Shown here piece after piece: positions 8,447-17,542 of a stretch of 56,899 nucleotides of DNA. The stretch's first letter is position 1. Each line of letters opens with the position of its first letter. A program made the translations under genes and the position numbers. The stretch is from a virus (taxonomy: Duplodnaviria > Caudoviricetes), in IMG/VR virus record IMGVR_UViG_3300046817_000760, positions 1 to 56,899 of that record; one strand, given 5' to 3'. The notes under the pieces are model-generated. The model did not search any database. It had not been told where the DNA came from and worked only from the letters and a program-made list of their open reading frames with translations.

Positions 8447-8647
8447 ATGTTCTACGTGATTACACTGCCCGCGTGCCGCGTGATGGGGTTCAAGTCGGAC
8501 ATCCGTTCGGCCCAACAGATCGTCGAGTGCTTGGGCGAGGGGGCCGAGTACGAAGAGATGGAGGGGCCGTACCCTCGTGACGAATGGACGATGGCCCTGA
8601 CGATTGAGCGGTACAAACGCGGCAAGGGGCTAAGGCTGGTTGTCTAG
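8447..8647 (+). CDS. Hypothetical protein
   Basis: ORF fills the gap on the local coding strand. Confidence 0.45.
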   Translation: MFYVITLPACRVMGFKSDIRSAQQIVECLGEGAEYEEMEGPYPRDEWTMALTIERYKRGKGLRLVV

Positions 8648-8713
8648 ATCCCCCCATCACGATTGCCGGACCAGGGGGCATGACTCGACCATGGGGGCCA
8701 AACAGGTATTTCC

Positions 8714-8743
8714 TTGACCCGGTGGGCAGGCAGGCCCTAACCT
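8714..8743 (+). promoter_or_regulatory. Sigma70-like promoter, leaderless
   Basis: TTGACC-N18-TAACCT-N6-ATG(8750). Confidence 0.6.
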
Positions 8744-8749
8744 TGGGGA

Positions 8750-9142
8750 ATGCAATCACGTTACGGAGCCACCCTCAAGACCCGCCCTGAAGAGGTCCAA
8801 GTCCGACTCGTCCCCAAAGTCCTTGGACCGCCAGTGCAGGTGACCTTTACGGAAGACGAGCGCAAGGCCGTTTTCCGCGCCACTTTGGAATTCGGCACGC
8901 CCCTGTCCACGTTCCTCCGAGACCTGGCCGTAGAAGCCGGTTCCCACCTGCACGAAAGGGCGGCCCAAGAGGCCCCCGCCGACAGGCGAGTGCAGTGGGT
9001 GGTGGAGCAAGGGGCAGCGGAGTGCTCGATGAGACCGGGGGAGTTTATGCGCTTCCTGGCCCTAGAGGCCGTGGGCTACACGCGCGGCGTCGAGCTAGCG
9101 ATGGCAGCGAGGCAAGCACTCGCGGCAAGGAAAAAGCTCTGA
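8750..9142 (+). CDS. Putative ribbon-helix-helix DNA-binding protein (two RHH-like repeats)
   Basis: VQVTFTEDER...PLSTFLRDLAVEA and ...RPGEFMRFLALEA. Confidence 0.5.
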   Translation: MQSRYGATLKTRPEEVQVRLVPKVLGPPVQVTFTEDERKAVFRATLEFGTPLSTFLRDLAVEAGSHLHERAAQEAPADRRVQWVVEQGAAECSMRPGEFMRFLALEAVGYTRGVELAMAARQALAARKKL

Positions 9143-9198
9143 CCTGGGTTTGACCAAGGCGGAGTGGTCTCGGTCTGCCGTTTGTGGTACTCACCTGC

Positions 9199-9417
9199 AT
9201 GGAAGAAGAAGCCTGTGGTGTGGGCAGTGTCGAACGCAAGGCGGTCCTGGCTGCCATGGAAGGGCGAGCGGACGCCCTACACGCGATGCCGATATGGCAG
9301 CTCGAGGAAGCTGCGGCAGCACTCGCTTATTGCAAACGACAAGGGTGCAGACTCCATAACGACCCTGCCGCACAAGACCTTATCGAACAGATTCTGGACA
9401 GGGGACCGTGGTGGTAG
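9199..9417 (+). CDS. Hypothetical protein
   Basis: ATG preceded by the TGTGGTACTCA motif; overlaps the exonuclease start. Confidence 0.55.
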   Translation: MEEEACGVGSVERKAVLAAMEGRADALHAMPIWQLEEAAAALAYCKRQGCRLHNDPAAQDLIEQILDRGPWW

Positions 9418-10847
9418 ACTCCCACCTCTCCCCTACAGGAGCACCTTTCCTCTCTGTGTCCCAGGTAGAGACCGCCTTCGGCAATGAAGGGTGTCTGTTC
9501 AAGTGGGGACAGAGGTACCTTGCTCGTAACCTCCCACCACGTGATGGGTCTGCAGACTTGGGGACTCGTATCCATGAGATCAATCAGACCTTCATGGAAA
9601 CAGGGGCGGAGCCTGACTACTCCGAAACTCTGACACTCTGGCACAAGAGGAGGGCCGAATGGATCACGTACCAACCCGCACTGATCTGGAAGGTAGGGAT
9701 GCCCCTTCTCCCCCCGAGGGAGAGGGTCAAGTGCGAGGGGAAGTTCCAGTTTACAACGTCCATACATGGAGACCCGGTCTACTGGCGAGGGGCCAAGGAT
9801 ATGGAGTGGCAAGATTCCTCCGGCCTGTGGCACGTAGGGGATTTGAAAACATCCGTGTCGTTCACGTACCAGAAGACCGAAGAGAAGCTAAGGGCCGATT
9901 GGCAAGGGAACTTGTACGCCTACGAAGCTATGCAAAGGCATGGTGTCAAAGCCGTGGCTTTGGATTGGTTCACGTACATCACTGATCCAACGAAAACCCG
10001 AGAGTGCCGCCCCACCTCGATAGTGGTCCTCTATCCCGAAGTTTATGAGATCGTGGCCGCCATAGAAGGCAAGGGACGGGTCTTGCTTTCACACTACGCA
10101 CGCCCCCTGATCGTCGATAGACTGCCGAAGAACAGGTCAGCCTGCCAAGCGTTCGGCGGGTGCCCCTATTTGAATTCCCCGGCTTGCCCGGCTGAAACTC
10201 TAGAGGAAATGTTCGATATGCCCCTACATGATGATTTCCTGCAATCGATGACGACAAGGCTGGCGCCTCCTCCTCAACCATGGCGCCCTGGTGACCCCCT
10301 GAACTCGGCCCAAGAATACTTGCAAAATGCAGGGGCACCGCTCAGTGCAATTGCCAATGCAGCCGACGTCCCGCCCCTACCCGAGGTGGCCGCGGGCTAC
10401 GTGCCACCCCCGCCACCCCCGCCCCCGGTACTCCCATGGCCTCCTGTGGAGTCTGGCCTAATAAATCCGCCCGAGTCGAAGGGCCTTGTTGCTCCCCTCG
10501 CCCCCGAGGACATGGCTGCACCCCCCATCACGACACCTCCACCCACGCCCCCCATGCCCGATGACCTGGACACTCTGGACAGGGAGGAGATCAAGGCGCT
10601 TGGCGTCGAGCTGGGCCTGTTCGATGCCCACTGCCGATGGCAGATTGCACGCATGAGGGAGGCTGTACGAGCGAAGCGCAAGAGCAATGGTCTGCAAGGT
10701 ATTGCCCCCCCTGTGGAGGAGACTCCCACCCCACCAGTGCCTTTCATTGCTACCCCTGCACCTGACGGTTTGGAGATGCAGCAAATCTCGGAGACAAGGA
10801 TTCGTCAGATTGTCCGAGAAGAACTCCGCGCCCTATTTGTACCATGA
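9408..10847 (+). CDS. PD-(D/E)XK (RecB/Cas4-like) exonuclease with a long Pro-rich C-terminal tail
   Basis: LSVSQVE, GTRIH, GAKD, GDLKT, QGNLY, and Cys cluster CQAFGGCPY...C. Confidence 0.8.
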   Translation: MVVDSHLSPTGAPFLSVSQVETAFGNEGCLFKWGQRYLARNLPPRDGSADLGTRIHEINQTFMETGAEPDYSETLTLWHKRRAEWITYQPALIWKVGMPLLPPRERVKCEGKFQFTTSIHGDPVYWRGAKDMEWQDSSGLWHVGDLKTSVSFTYQKTEEKLRADWQGNLYAYEAMQRHGVKAVALDWFTYITDPTKTRECRPTSIVVLYPEVYEIVAAIEGKGRVLLSHYARPLIVDRLPKNRSACQAFGGCPYLNSPACPAETLEEMFDMPLHDDFLQSMTTRLAPPPQPWRPGDPLNSAQEYLQNAGAPLSAIANAADVPPLPEVAAGYVPPPPPPPPVLPWPPVESGLINPPESKGLVAPLAPEDMAAPPITTPPPTPPMPDDLDTLDREEIKALGVELGLFDAHCRWQIARMREAVRAKRKSNGLQGIAPPVEETPTPPVPFIATPAPDGLEMQQISETRIRQIVREELRALFVP

Positions 10848-11194
10848 GAATCAGATGTATCTCGGTAGACCCGTTCTGTGATGCCTTCTTGGCCAAGCAG
10901 GACAATGCCAGCAAGACTATCCGTACGGCGTTGCAGCTCTATGCGGACAAGCACGAGAGCTTGCAGGCTGGGGACATAGTCCAGCTCGACCCCGAGCAGA
11001 GTCCCTGGGGGCCCCTCCTGTGCATTGTCACGGAGGTGTGTGAATGGGGAGTCAAGTGCTTTTGGCTGCAGGCAGACGAGCGCGACAAGCCACCCTTGGT
11101 CTGCCACTACCGAGCGAAGACAGGGACCTTCGAGGTTGTGGGAAGCGCAAGGTGGGTGCTTAGCGCGACCACCGATACCCAGGGCGAAGGCTGA
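10844..11194 (+). CDS. Hypothetical protein: N-terminal RHH-like segment plus beta-rich domain
   Basis: NASKTIRTALQLY is RHH-like; AGDIVQL starts a KOW/SH3-like region. Confidence 0.55.
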   Translation: MRIRCISVDPFCDAFLAKQDNASKTIRTALQLYADKHESLQAGDIVQLDPEQSPWGPLLCIVTEVCEWGVKCFWLQADERDKPPLVCHYRAKTGTFEVVGSARWVLSATTDTQGEG

Positions 11195-12902
11195 CTTCCT
11201 CGACAGAAGGTAGCGTGGTGGTTGCGTAGCAGAGCCTCTGAGCGTCCCCAGTCAACTGTTCGACGTACACCGCATTGCCTACCTCTCGCTCGAACGCGGC
11301 CACGTGTTCGTAGCAGCCGACGAACAGGTCGACGGTGACCTTCTCCGCCTCCTGCCCTGGTCGGTGCGTCCGCCCGATCACCTGTTCACTGGGAGTCGTG
11401 AAGAAGAGGTTCGAGCTCCACCCCTTCTGCAAGTTCCTGCCTGTCCCGTTCGCCTGTTTGGATGCAATCATCGGGAACCCTGGACGATGGTCGAGAATGA
11501 ACTTGCCGTCCTTGCTCAAGCCCTCCGCCCCGTAGAAGGGCAAAGACAACTCCCTCTCGAGGGCTACGCCGAGCGCGATGTTGCCGGTCCAGATAATGCC
11601 TCGGTTTTGTTCCATCCACTCTCCAGCTGTCCTTATGCTTTCGTCCGATACCCACTCCACCACTTGGTGATCTTCGGGATTGTAAATCGGACTGACCCGC
11701 TCCCAATCAAGGAGCAGAGCACCACCATCACGCAGCAGACCAGACCGCACGCTCTCCTTGACCAAGGCTTCGCTGTCATATCCGGCATATCTGACCTTGT
11801 CTCGACAATAGCCCGCCCATTCACGCCGCGCCTCCAGCCACTCCTCAGGAGGCCGAGGCCGATAATCGAGGTAGTACCCGCAGCCAATGGTTTTCGCCTG
11901 CCTGGCGAGCTCGAGGCCATCCGCAATCGGCATTCCCGTGGGCAACTCCCATCTGAGTCTTATGCTCTCGAACGCCTGGTCAACTTTTGGATCAATGGAG
12001 ACAGGTCCCACTTCCCTGATTTCCAGGGGGATGGACAGCGGCCCGTCCTGTGTCCCGACTACACCTTCTGTTTCCACGAGCCTACGTTGGACGGCAGCTC
12101 GGACCTGAGGGAGGGAATGTCCCCCGTTGCAGAACTTCAGCAGAGCCCCTGGCCTAGCCCTGGGAGCAAGCGCGTCTGCTTCATCCAGAGCTGAGGACCA
12201 GACCTCCAGATCTGAGTAAGTTGTGGGCAGAGGGGATTTGGTTCTAAGGCACCATTGCGCGATGTGCGCGAAGTCCTTGAGGGAACGTCGCGTGAGTGAG
12301 CCAGACATCGCACACACCTTAGTGTGTGGATAACTCTGCAAATACCTCTTCACTCTCTTCGTGCACACGGCACCGTGGTTCTTGACGCGATGCACCTCAT
12401 CGAAGATCAGAAGGTCAGGGCGGAGCCTCTCCAGTAGTTCATCACGTAGGACTAGTCCTCTACTGTCCCTCTGTTTCCCGTTCTGGACACTGCTCAACCT
12501 CTCATAGGAGACGAACGTAGGAATGCTTGCGTGCCAATGGAGGAACAGTTTCTTGAACTCGAGAGCGTAGTCTCTCTCGAGAGCTGCAGGAGCAAACACG
12601 ATCGGCCTCTTTGCCCCCATCACGATGGGCAGGAGAAAGGCCAGAAGAGTCTTGCCCGAGCCCACGCGCGCGGGAGCAAGCAGACCGCCACACAGCCATG
12701 CTTCATAGAGTGCCGCGGCCTGCATCGTGTTGAGCGTGCCGGGATACGGGCATGGGTGGCGGGCCAAGACCTTTGTCAATCTTGCCGCGAGATCGTCCGG
12801 CCCCGGAGGAGGGCGTCTTTTTAGGGCGAATATTCGCTGAAACTCCGCGCTGTCAGGAACTTCATCGACGTCTTCCCACTGGTCCGCGTTTGCTTGGGTC
12901 AC
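11160..12902 (-). CDS. Superfamily 2 DNA helicase
   Basis: Motif I VGSGKT, motif II DEVH, motif III MSGS, GTGRNLQ, QVIGRTHRPGQ. Confidence 0.9.
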   Translation of the reverse strand: MTQANADQWEDVDEVPDSAEFQRIFALKRRPPPGPDDLAARLTKVLARHPCPYPGTLNTMQAAALYEAWLCGGLLAPARVGSGKTLLAFLLPIVMGAKRPIVFAPAALERDYALEFKKLFLHWHASIPTFVSYERLSSVQNGKQRDSRGLVLRDELLERLRPDLLIFDEVHRVKNHGAVCTKRVKRYLQSYPHTKVCAMSGSLTRRSLKDFAHIAQWCLRTKSPLPTTYSDLEVWSSALDEADALAPRARPGALLKFCNGGHSLPQVRAAVQRRLVETEGVVGTQDGPLSIPLEIREVGPVSIDPKVDQAFESIRLRWELPTGMPIADGLELARQAKTIGCGYYLDYRPRPPEEWLEARREWAGYCRDKVRYAGYDSEALVKESVRSGLLRDGGALLLDWERVSPIYNPEDHQVVEWVSDESIRTAGEWMEQNRGIIWTGNIALGVALERELSLPFYGAEGLSKDGKFILDHRPGFPMIASKQANGTGRNLQKGWSSNLFFTTPSEQVIGRTHRPGQEAEKVTVDLFVGCYEHVAAFEREVGNAVYVEQLTGDAQRLCYATTTLPSVEEVSLRPGYRWSR

Positions 12903-12937
12903 GTACTTGCGATACTGTCCTGCAGGTTCGGGTGCAA
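12890..12937. promoter_or_regulatory. Overlapping divergent sigma70-like promoters (helicase / 12950 gene)
   Basis: Plus strand TTGCTT-N17-TACTGT; minus strand TTGCAC-N17-TATCGC-N6-GTG(12902). Confidence 0.5.
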
Positions 12938-12949
12938 GGGAGGAACGTG

Positions 12950-13522
12950 ATGGACGATCTACTAGAAGGTTCGAGTGCTGGTGATGTGGCGCGTGGTCCA
13001 GGTGAGAAGGTACCAGCGGGTCACTACCCCAAACTTCGCTTGCTCAAGTGCGAGGTGTTCAAGGCCCAAACGGGCCGTAAAGCTCGGTGCTTCAAGGCCA
13101 CGAGTGAAGTCGTGGAAGCCGCGAACGGCAAACAGGTGGGCGATAGGGTTGAGCAGTTCTGCCAGCTCGAGTTCAACACCCACGACTATTACGACAAGGA
13201 CAGCCGCGCCCAAGTCATGCAGTTCCTGGGAGCGTTGTTTGGGTATGGGTCGATCGGAGAGATCGATGCCAACATTTCGACACAGACTCTCTTGGACGTG
13301 ACGGGCCCTGGGCAGCCTAAGACGGGGACCGTCTTCGCAGCAGACGTGTCCTATAAGAAGCCTGATAGTCCGTTCGCGAAGTGGTTGTGCCGTCCCGTGG
13401 CAAAGAATGGGGCTGCCTCGGTCCCAGCTTTCACCATCCCTGACGGCTGGAAGCCCCACCCCGCGGACCCACGCTACATCTACAACGTGGCTGTGCCTTC
13501 GGAGATGAGGTTGATCCCATGA
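12950..13522 (+). CDS. Putative ssDNA-binding / replication-associated protein
   Basis: GGAGG SD; KVPAGHY...beta-rich pattern; located in the replication module. Confidence 0.45.
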   Translation: MDDLLEGSSAGDVARGPGEKVPAGHYPKLRLLKCEVFKAQTGRKARCFKATSEVVEAANGKQVGDRVEQFCQLEFNTHDYYDKDSRAQVMQFLGALFGYGSIGEIDANISTQTLLDVTGPGQPKTGTVFAADVSYKKPDSPFAKWLCRPVAKNGAASVPAFTIPDGWKPHPADPRYIYNVAVPSEMRLIP

Positions 13523-13659
13523 CGATAAATCTAGGGGACTACTACAAAGCCTTCATCACGAAGCAGCTGGAGAGCAAGCGCTATGGCACGGCCAGCGCGG
13601 TGGTGAAGGCAGCGCTGAGGCTGTTGGAAGAGAAGGAAACGCCCAAGGCAGACTCGTGA
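13519..13659 (+). CDS. Short orphan ParD-like (RHH) antitoxin homolog, 46 aa (not in ORF track)
   Basis: MTINLGDYYKAFITKQLESKRYGTASAVVKAALRLLEEKE matches the ParD/CC2985-type N-terminus; coupled to both neighbours by 4-nt overlaps. Confidence 0.75.
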   Translation: MTINLGDYYKAFITKQLESKRYGTASAVVKAALRLLEEKETPKADS

Positions 13660-13991
13660 CCTCCCGGAAAGGGATGCCAGTCTTTGAAGGCTTCATCGCG
13701 TACTTCCCAGACGCGATCAATGCAGTCTCGGAAGTGTCCCGATTAGGGAGTGAACAGCACAGTCCAGGGGAGCCGATCCACTGGGCTTGGGGCAAGTCCC
13801 CAGACCATAAATCAGCCTTGATTCGGCATCTCGAGGACACGGGTGAACTGGATGAGGATGGGTGTTTGCACGATGCCAAGGCCGCTTGGCGAGCCATGGC
13901 CAATCTGCAGACCTTACTCGAATCTAGGGACCCTGAACTCCATGCACGTAGGCAGGGGCAAAGGGACAAGGCTGCCGCCGGTGCACGTTGA
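13656..13991 (+). CDS. DUF5664-like (dATP/dGTP diphosphohydrolase N-terminal domain) protein
   Basis: FPDAINAVSEVSRLG...W...ALIRHL...D.DG.LH.AKAAWRAMA. Confidence 0.7.
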   Translation: MTSRKGMPVFEGFIAYFPDAINAVSEVSRLGSEQHSPGEPIHWAWGKSPDHKSALIRHLEDTGELDEDGCLHDAKAAWRAMANLQTLLESRDPELHARRQGQRDKAAAGAR

Positions 13992-14040
13992 TCTAGCTTT
14001 CTCGGTCCTGTTCGACTACTAAACCCTCAGGGGGGAGAAC

Positions 14041-14367
14041 ATGACCGAGAAGCTAGAACCGTGGCGTCCGTGGATGGATTACTCCGAGCCTGAGATCAGA
14101 GACCTGCTCGAAACAATCGAGCTAGCGGGCAACATTCTCCGCAAAGGCATCACGACACGCAGCGCCGAGGACCCACTCAATCGGCTGCTGGTACGAGTGG
14201 CGCAGGGTGATGCTGCAAAGCGAGCTTTGGCAGCCCTGGAGGAGGGGCAGGCGACAGCACTGCTCGACAAGATCCGCGACTGGTACGAGCTTGTGCCGCT
14301 CACGCCCAAGGCTGCGGACTGGGAGCAGCTCAAGGCACTGCTGGACGAGCACAAGGACCCGTCATGA
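14041..14367 (+). CDS. Hypothetical protein
   Basis: GGGGAG SD before ATG. Confidence 0.6.
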   Translation: MTEKLEPWRPWMDYSEPEIRDLLETIELAGNILRKGITTRSAEDPLNRLLVRVAQGDAAKRALAALEEGQATALLDKIRDWYELVPLTPKAADWEQLKALLDEHKDPS

Positions 14368-14639
14368 CGCTGAAACACATTGAGTGCGTGCAGTGCCGCC
14401 ATCAGCCAGCGAGCATGAAGGTCAACGCCATGTTGCTGTGCGAGACTTGTGCAGCGGCTTGGGCGAGAGACGATGCCCTAAAAGGGAAGGTCAACACCAT
14501 CATTCTCCGGGACATCACTCAGGAGCTGGCCGATCGTGATGAGGAGATAAAGAGGCTGCAGCAAACGATCGCTGACCTCGTGCGAGTGCACAACGAGGCC
14601 GTGGCAGAAGTTGCTCGGTTACAAAATGAAAAAGCGTAG
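14364..14639 (+). CDS. Zn-finger (CxxC...CxxC) plus coiled-coil protein
   Basis: CVQC...CETC; ATGA overlap. Confidence 0.6.
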   Translation: MTLKHIECVQCRHQPASMKVNAMLLCETCAAAWARDDALKGKVNTIILRDITQELADRDEEIKRLQQTIADLVRVHNEAVAEVARLQNEKA

Positions 14640-14823
14640 AGTCACCCAAGAGCAAGCCAAGTGCGACGAGTGCGGCTGCTTCCCAGACATGGGCGTGACC
14701 AGCGGCGGGCTCGTTATCCTGCTTTGCTTTCCTTGCGCGTCTAGGCTCGCGATAGAGAACGATCTACCGACGTTGGCTGCACAGATCGCTCATGCAAAAG
14801 CCAACAAAACACCCAGCAACTGA
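14626..14823 (+). CDS. Small Zn-finger protein
   Basis: CDEC...CFPC. Confidence 0.55.
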   Translation: MKKRRVTQEQAKCDECGCFPDMGVTSGGLVILLCFPCASRLAIENDLPTLAAQIAHAKANKTPSN

Positions 14824-14843
14824 CCTTTCCGGGGGGAAAAGCC

Positions 14844-15056
14844 ATGCTAGTCGTCAAAATCGAGTTGTGGCCCGAAGGGCAAGAGAGCGGAGCTCGTGAA
14901 ATAGGGACGATGCGAATCGCCAATATCAAGGGGAACCTGGACATTGCGGACTATCAGGTAGTCATGGACGGGCAGCAAGGACAGGTCCTGGGGCACGCGC
15001 GGTCTCTCCCTGTCTGGTGTCTGGTGAATCGAGCTCTGAGCGAGCTGGGGTTCTGA
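14844..15056 (+). CDS. Hypothetical protein
   Basis: Purine-rich leader; compact ORF. Confidence 0.6.
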   Translation: MLVVKIELWPEGQESGAREIGTMRIANIKGNLDIADYQVVMDGQQGQVLGHARSLPVWCLVNRALSELGF

Positions 15057-15059
15057 GCC

Positions 15060-15251
15060 ATGACCAGTTATCAAGACTGGGTCTTGATCGACCGCACTCT
15101 GATTGCCGTGATCATGGTCGTGTGGGCGACCCATTCGATTTCCCTGTTGTGGTTCCCTGGGCCATGGCTCCCATACACGGGCACGTTGCTCTTTGCCCTG
15201 GTGTTGGGGAGTGTCGTGGTGGCTTGGCGTCGACACAAGGCCAGCCTATGA
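15060..15251 (+). CDS. Small two-TM membrane protein
   Basis: Two hydrophobic segments and a basic tail. Confidence 0.55.
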   Translation: MTSYQDWVLIDRTLIAVIMVVWATHSISLLWFPGPWLPYTGTLLFALVLGSVVVAWRRHKASL

Positions 15252-15523
15252 CTGCCGAGGAGCATTACCGCAGGGCCCGCCTTTGGGGTGACCGGTTTGA
15301 CGTGCTGTTGGGCTGGGTGACCCCGATCCGGTACGCGAATGTCCTGTTGATAGGCATCACGTTGGGTGCCTATTCCGTGGACGTACAGGCTGGGGACGTG
15401 GGCCTGGCCTTACTGTTGTTTTGGACCTGCGTGCGGAGCATGCACCAAACTGCGGCCAAGTTCTGTCTTCGGCGGTTGGAGCTGCACGGTGAACGTTATA
15501 TGAAGATGCAGGGATGCAAGTAA
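15248..15523 (+). CDS. Small membrane protein
   Basis: ATGA overlap; two hydrophobic segments. Confidence 0.5.
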   Translation: MTAEEHYRRARLWGDRFDVLLGWVTPIRYANVLLIGITLGAYSVDVQAGDVGLALLLFWTCVRSMHQTAAKFCLRRLELHGERYMKMQGCK

Positions 15524-15615
15524 GGAGTTCCGGGGGATGCCCGAGCAGCAAAGGGGCCAGGCTGTAAACCTGGTGGACGAGGAGTCCTTCGTGGGTGCAA
15601 GTCCCTCTCCCCCGA

Positions 15616-15813
15616 CTAAGACCACTTCTTTCTGACCTTGTAGAGCAGGTGCAAGGAGACTGCAGCAATCACCACGACCGTGCACGTGGCCGCTGCGCCG
15701 ATCCAATCGCTTCGTGATGCTCGGTCAAAGACCACGGCTAGGTTGAGACCGATGCACAGCCAGCTAAAGAAAATCACAATACGTAAATGACGTCTTACTT
15801 CTTGCTCCACCAC
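15616..15813 (-). CDS. Small two-TM membrane protein
   Basis: Hydrophobic segments; last gene of the minus-strand block. Confidence 0.5.
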   Translation of the reverse strand: MVEQEVRRHLRIVIFFSWLCIGLNLAVVFDRASRSDWIGAAATCTVVVIAAVSLHLLYKVRKKWS

Positions 15814-15956
15814 ACCTTCACCCAGTCCTGTTCAAAGTCCTCTGATCCACAATAGGTGCACCGGAGAAGGTCCCCGAAAATGGCAGACTCCCCGACCTTC
15901 TCCACTCGGTGCCAACCGAGGATGCAGAGGAGCTTTCTGTGAAGGGGAGCTACCAT
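15795..15956 (-). CDS. Small Cys/His protein (LLCxLGWH...CxxCG)
   Basis: Motif typical of small prophage proteins. Confidence 0.5.
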   Translation of the reverse strand: MVAPLHRKLLCILGWHRVEKVGESAIFGDLLRCTYCGSEDFEQDWVKVWWSKK

Positions 15957-16038
15957 TTGTTCATCCAACGAAGCCAAAGGAGCATTGCCACGGTACCGCA
16001 GACCACGCACACGGAACCGAAGATGGCATCGGGCCAGG

Positions 16039-16278
16039 TCACGGTTTGAGACACTCCAGTATGAGTGCCTTCTCGTGCTTGGCCCCATCCCCACTATCGT
16101 TCCATTCGATGGCGCGCATGGCCGCGGCAACCTTCTCCAGATGATCCTTGAACTTGGCCCGGAGCTCATAGTCCACGTACGAGTCGATGCCTTCATCGAA
16201 GACCATGGACCTGATTTCCAGGTTCTCTGCAAAGTCTTCCACTTTCCTGTAGGCATAGTTGTAGTGGCCGCCGCTCAT
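16039..16278 (-). CDS. Phage hypothetical protein (MSGGHYNY...)
   Basis: ATGA coupling; EWNDSGD motif. Confidence 0.65.
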   Translation of the reverse strand: MSGGHYNYAYRKVEDFAENLEIRSMVFDEGIDSYVDYELRAKFKDHLEKVAAAMRAIEWNDSGDGAKHEKALILECLKP

Positions 16279-16550
16279 GGTGGTGTCCATCCGTGCTTCC
16301 GAGCTGTCCGAGCCCACAGGGGCTCTTCCAATGGCTGCCCGATAGCCAACCGGACTTTGTTGGCCGTGTCCTCGTCACCTTCTTTTTCGATGTCTTCAAG
16401 AAGTGCTTGGCAAGATACCGGGCGGACTGCGTCTCCGTGCGCCATCTTCATGAAGCAGCACCCATCTGCATCGACACAGAACTCTGTGGGGATGTCCCAG
16501 CCGCGGTTATCGTACTCGCCTGTCAGGCGAAAGGGTTCTTTGGGTTTCAT
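16275..16550 (-). CDS. Hypothetical protein
   Basis: Coupled within the minus-strand block. Confidence 0.6.
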   Translation of the reverse strand: MKPKEPFRLTGEYDNRGWDIPTEFCVDADGCCFMKMAHGDAVRPVSCQALLEDIEKEGDEDTANKVRLAIGQPLEEPLWARTARKHGWTPP

Positions 16551-16735
16551 GACTGTCCCTGCAACCTTTTCATGAGCTGTTCAAAGCATGGCTTACACAG
16601 CCACCACGCGCCGTCTGCGCCGTGTACACAGAGGATGGAGGGGGACCCGCAGACACACGGTTTCTTCTTGGGTGCGTTGGCGATGAGAGCAGCCTCGAGT
16701 GGCGTTGCCGGACCTTTGACGATGATTGGTTTCAT
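16547..16735 (-). CDS. Small Zn-finger protein
   Basis: CVC...CKPC; ATGA coupling. Confidence 0.55.
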   Translation of the reverse strand: MKPIIVKGPATPLEAALIANAPKKKPCVCGSPSILCVHGADGAWWLCKPCFEQLMKRLQGQS

Positions 16736-17037
16736 GGCTTGGTCCTGAGCTTGTTGAACTCCTCCAACATCTTTGCGTACACAGGCGCGGCTCCTTCGTT
16801 GATCAGGTCCAGGATGGTCTTGTCCCCGTCCTGACCCCACGGGCAGTCACCGAGGCTGTATCGCGCGGGCAAGTAAGACAAAGGGCAAGCTGAGACCTCT
16901 CCCTCTTCGAGCTCATCACGCATCCCGTACTCGTTGCGGAGATCCGTCTCGAACTCCTGCATCACCTCGGAGATGTCCTCACTCTCGGATGCAAAGACGA
17001 ACGTGGTTTCGACCGTGACTGTGTAGAGGTGTTTCAT
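16732..17037 (-). CDS. Acidic hypothetical protein
   Basis: GAGGAG SD; coupled overlaps. Confidence 0.6.
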   Translation of the reverse strand: MKHLYTVTVETTFVFASESEDISEVMQEFETDLRNEYGMRDELEEGEVSACPLSYLPARYSLGDCPWGQDGDKTILDLINEGAAPVYAKMLEEFNKLRTKP

Positions 17038-17300
17038 GTCTTGCTCCTCGTGCGCTCTGAGACTTTCTCTTTGATCCAAGGCCCTGGAGGGTCCCCTGTC
17101 CCGTCCCACAAGCGGAGAGATTCCGTTGCATCCTTGGCCGAGGGGTAGCAGTAGCGAGCGCTATAGCCGTACGTGGGCCCGTCAAAGGTCATGTTTACGA
17201 GCAGCCCGCACGTGTAGATGAACCGTTGTACCCCGCACAGCCCACGGTCTGGGATCTCCCGCAGTTCTAGGAACTCGGGCTGCCAGATCTCGGGGATCAC
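17034..17300 (-). CDS. Phage hypothetical protein
   Basis: RYCY...WDGTGDPPGPWIK motif; GTGA overlap. Confidence 0.6.
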   Translation of the reverse strand: MIPEIWQPEFLELREIPDRGLCGVQRFIYTCGLLVNMTFDGPTYGYSARYCYPSAKDATESLRLWDGTGDPPGPWIKEKVSERTRSKT

Positions 17301-17542
17301 AGGAACCTGCTCAGGGCAGCGAGGAGAGATATCACGCTTACCACCATGACCCCGTAGTTGGCCCAACGTGCCTTCTTCTCAGCCTCCTTGCTGCACTCCA
17401 AGGCTATCTCGAGGATAGGTCTCACCCGCTCGGCCCCATCCCTGCGCGCGGCTTCAATAGCCTTGGTCAGGCAGTCTAGGTGCGCCTCGCCGAGCCCCAG
17501 GGCCCCTGCCAGGCGCACGGCCTCTTCATGGGCGGGCAGCAC
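17297..17542 (-). CDS. Hypothetical protein with a C-terminal TM helix
   Basis: Hydrophobic C-terminus. Confidence 0.5.
   Translation of the reverse strand: MLPAHEEAVRLAGALGLGEAHLDCLTKAIEAARRDGAERVRPILEIALECSKEAEKKARWANYGVMVVSVISLLAALSRFL

Noticed and set aside
9408-10847. Cas4 as evidence of a CRISPR system
   Set aside because: Standalone Cas4/RecB-like nucleases are common in phage replication modules; there are no other cas genes.
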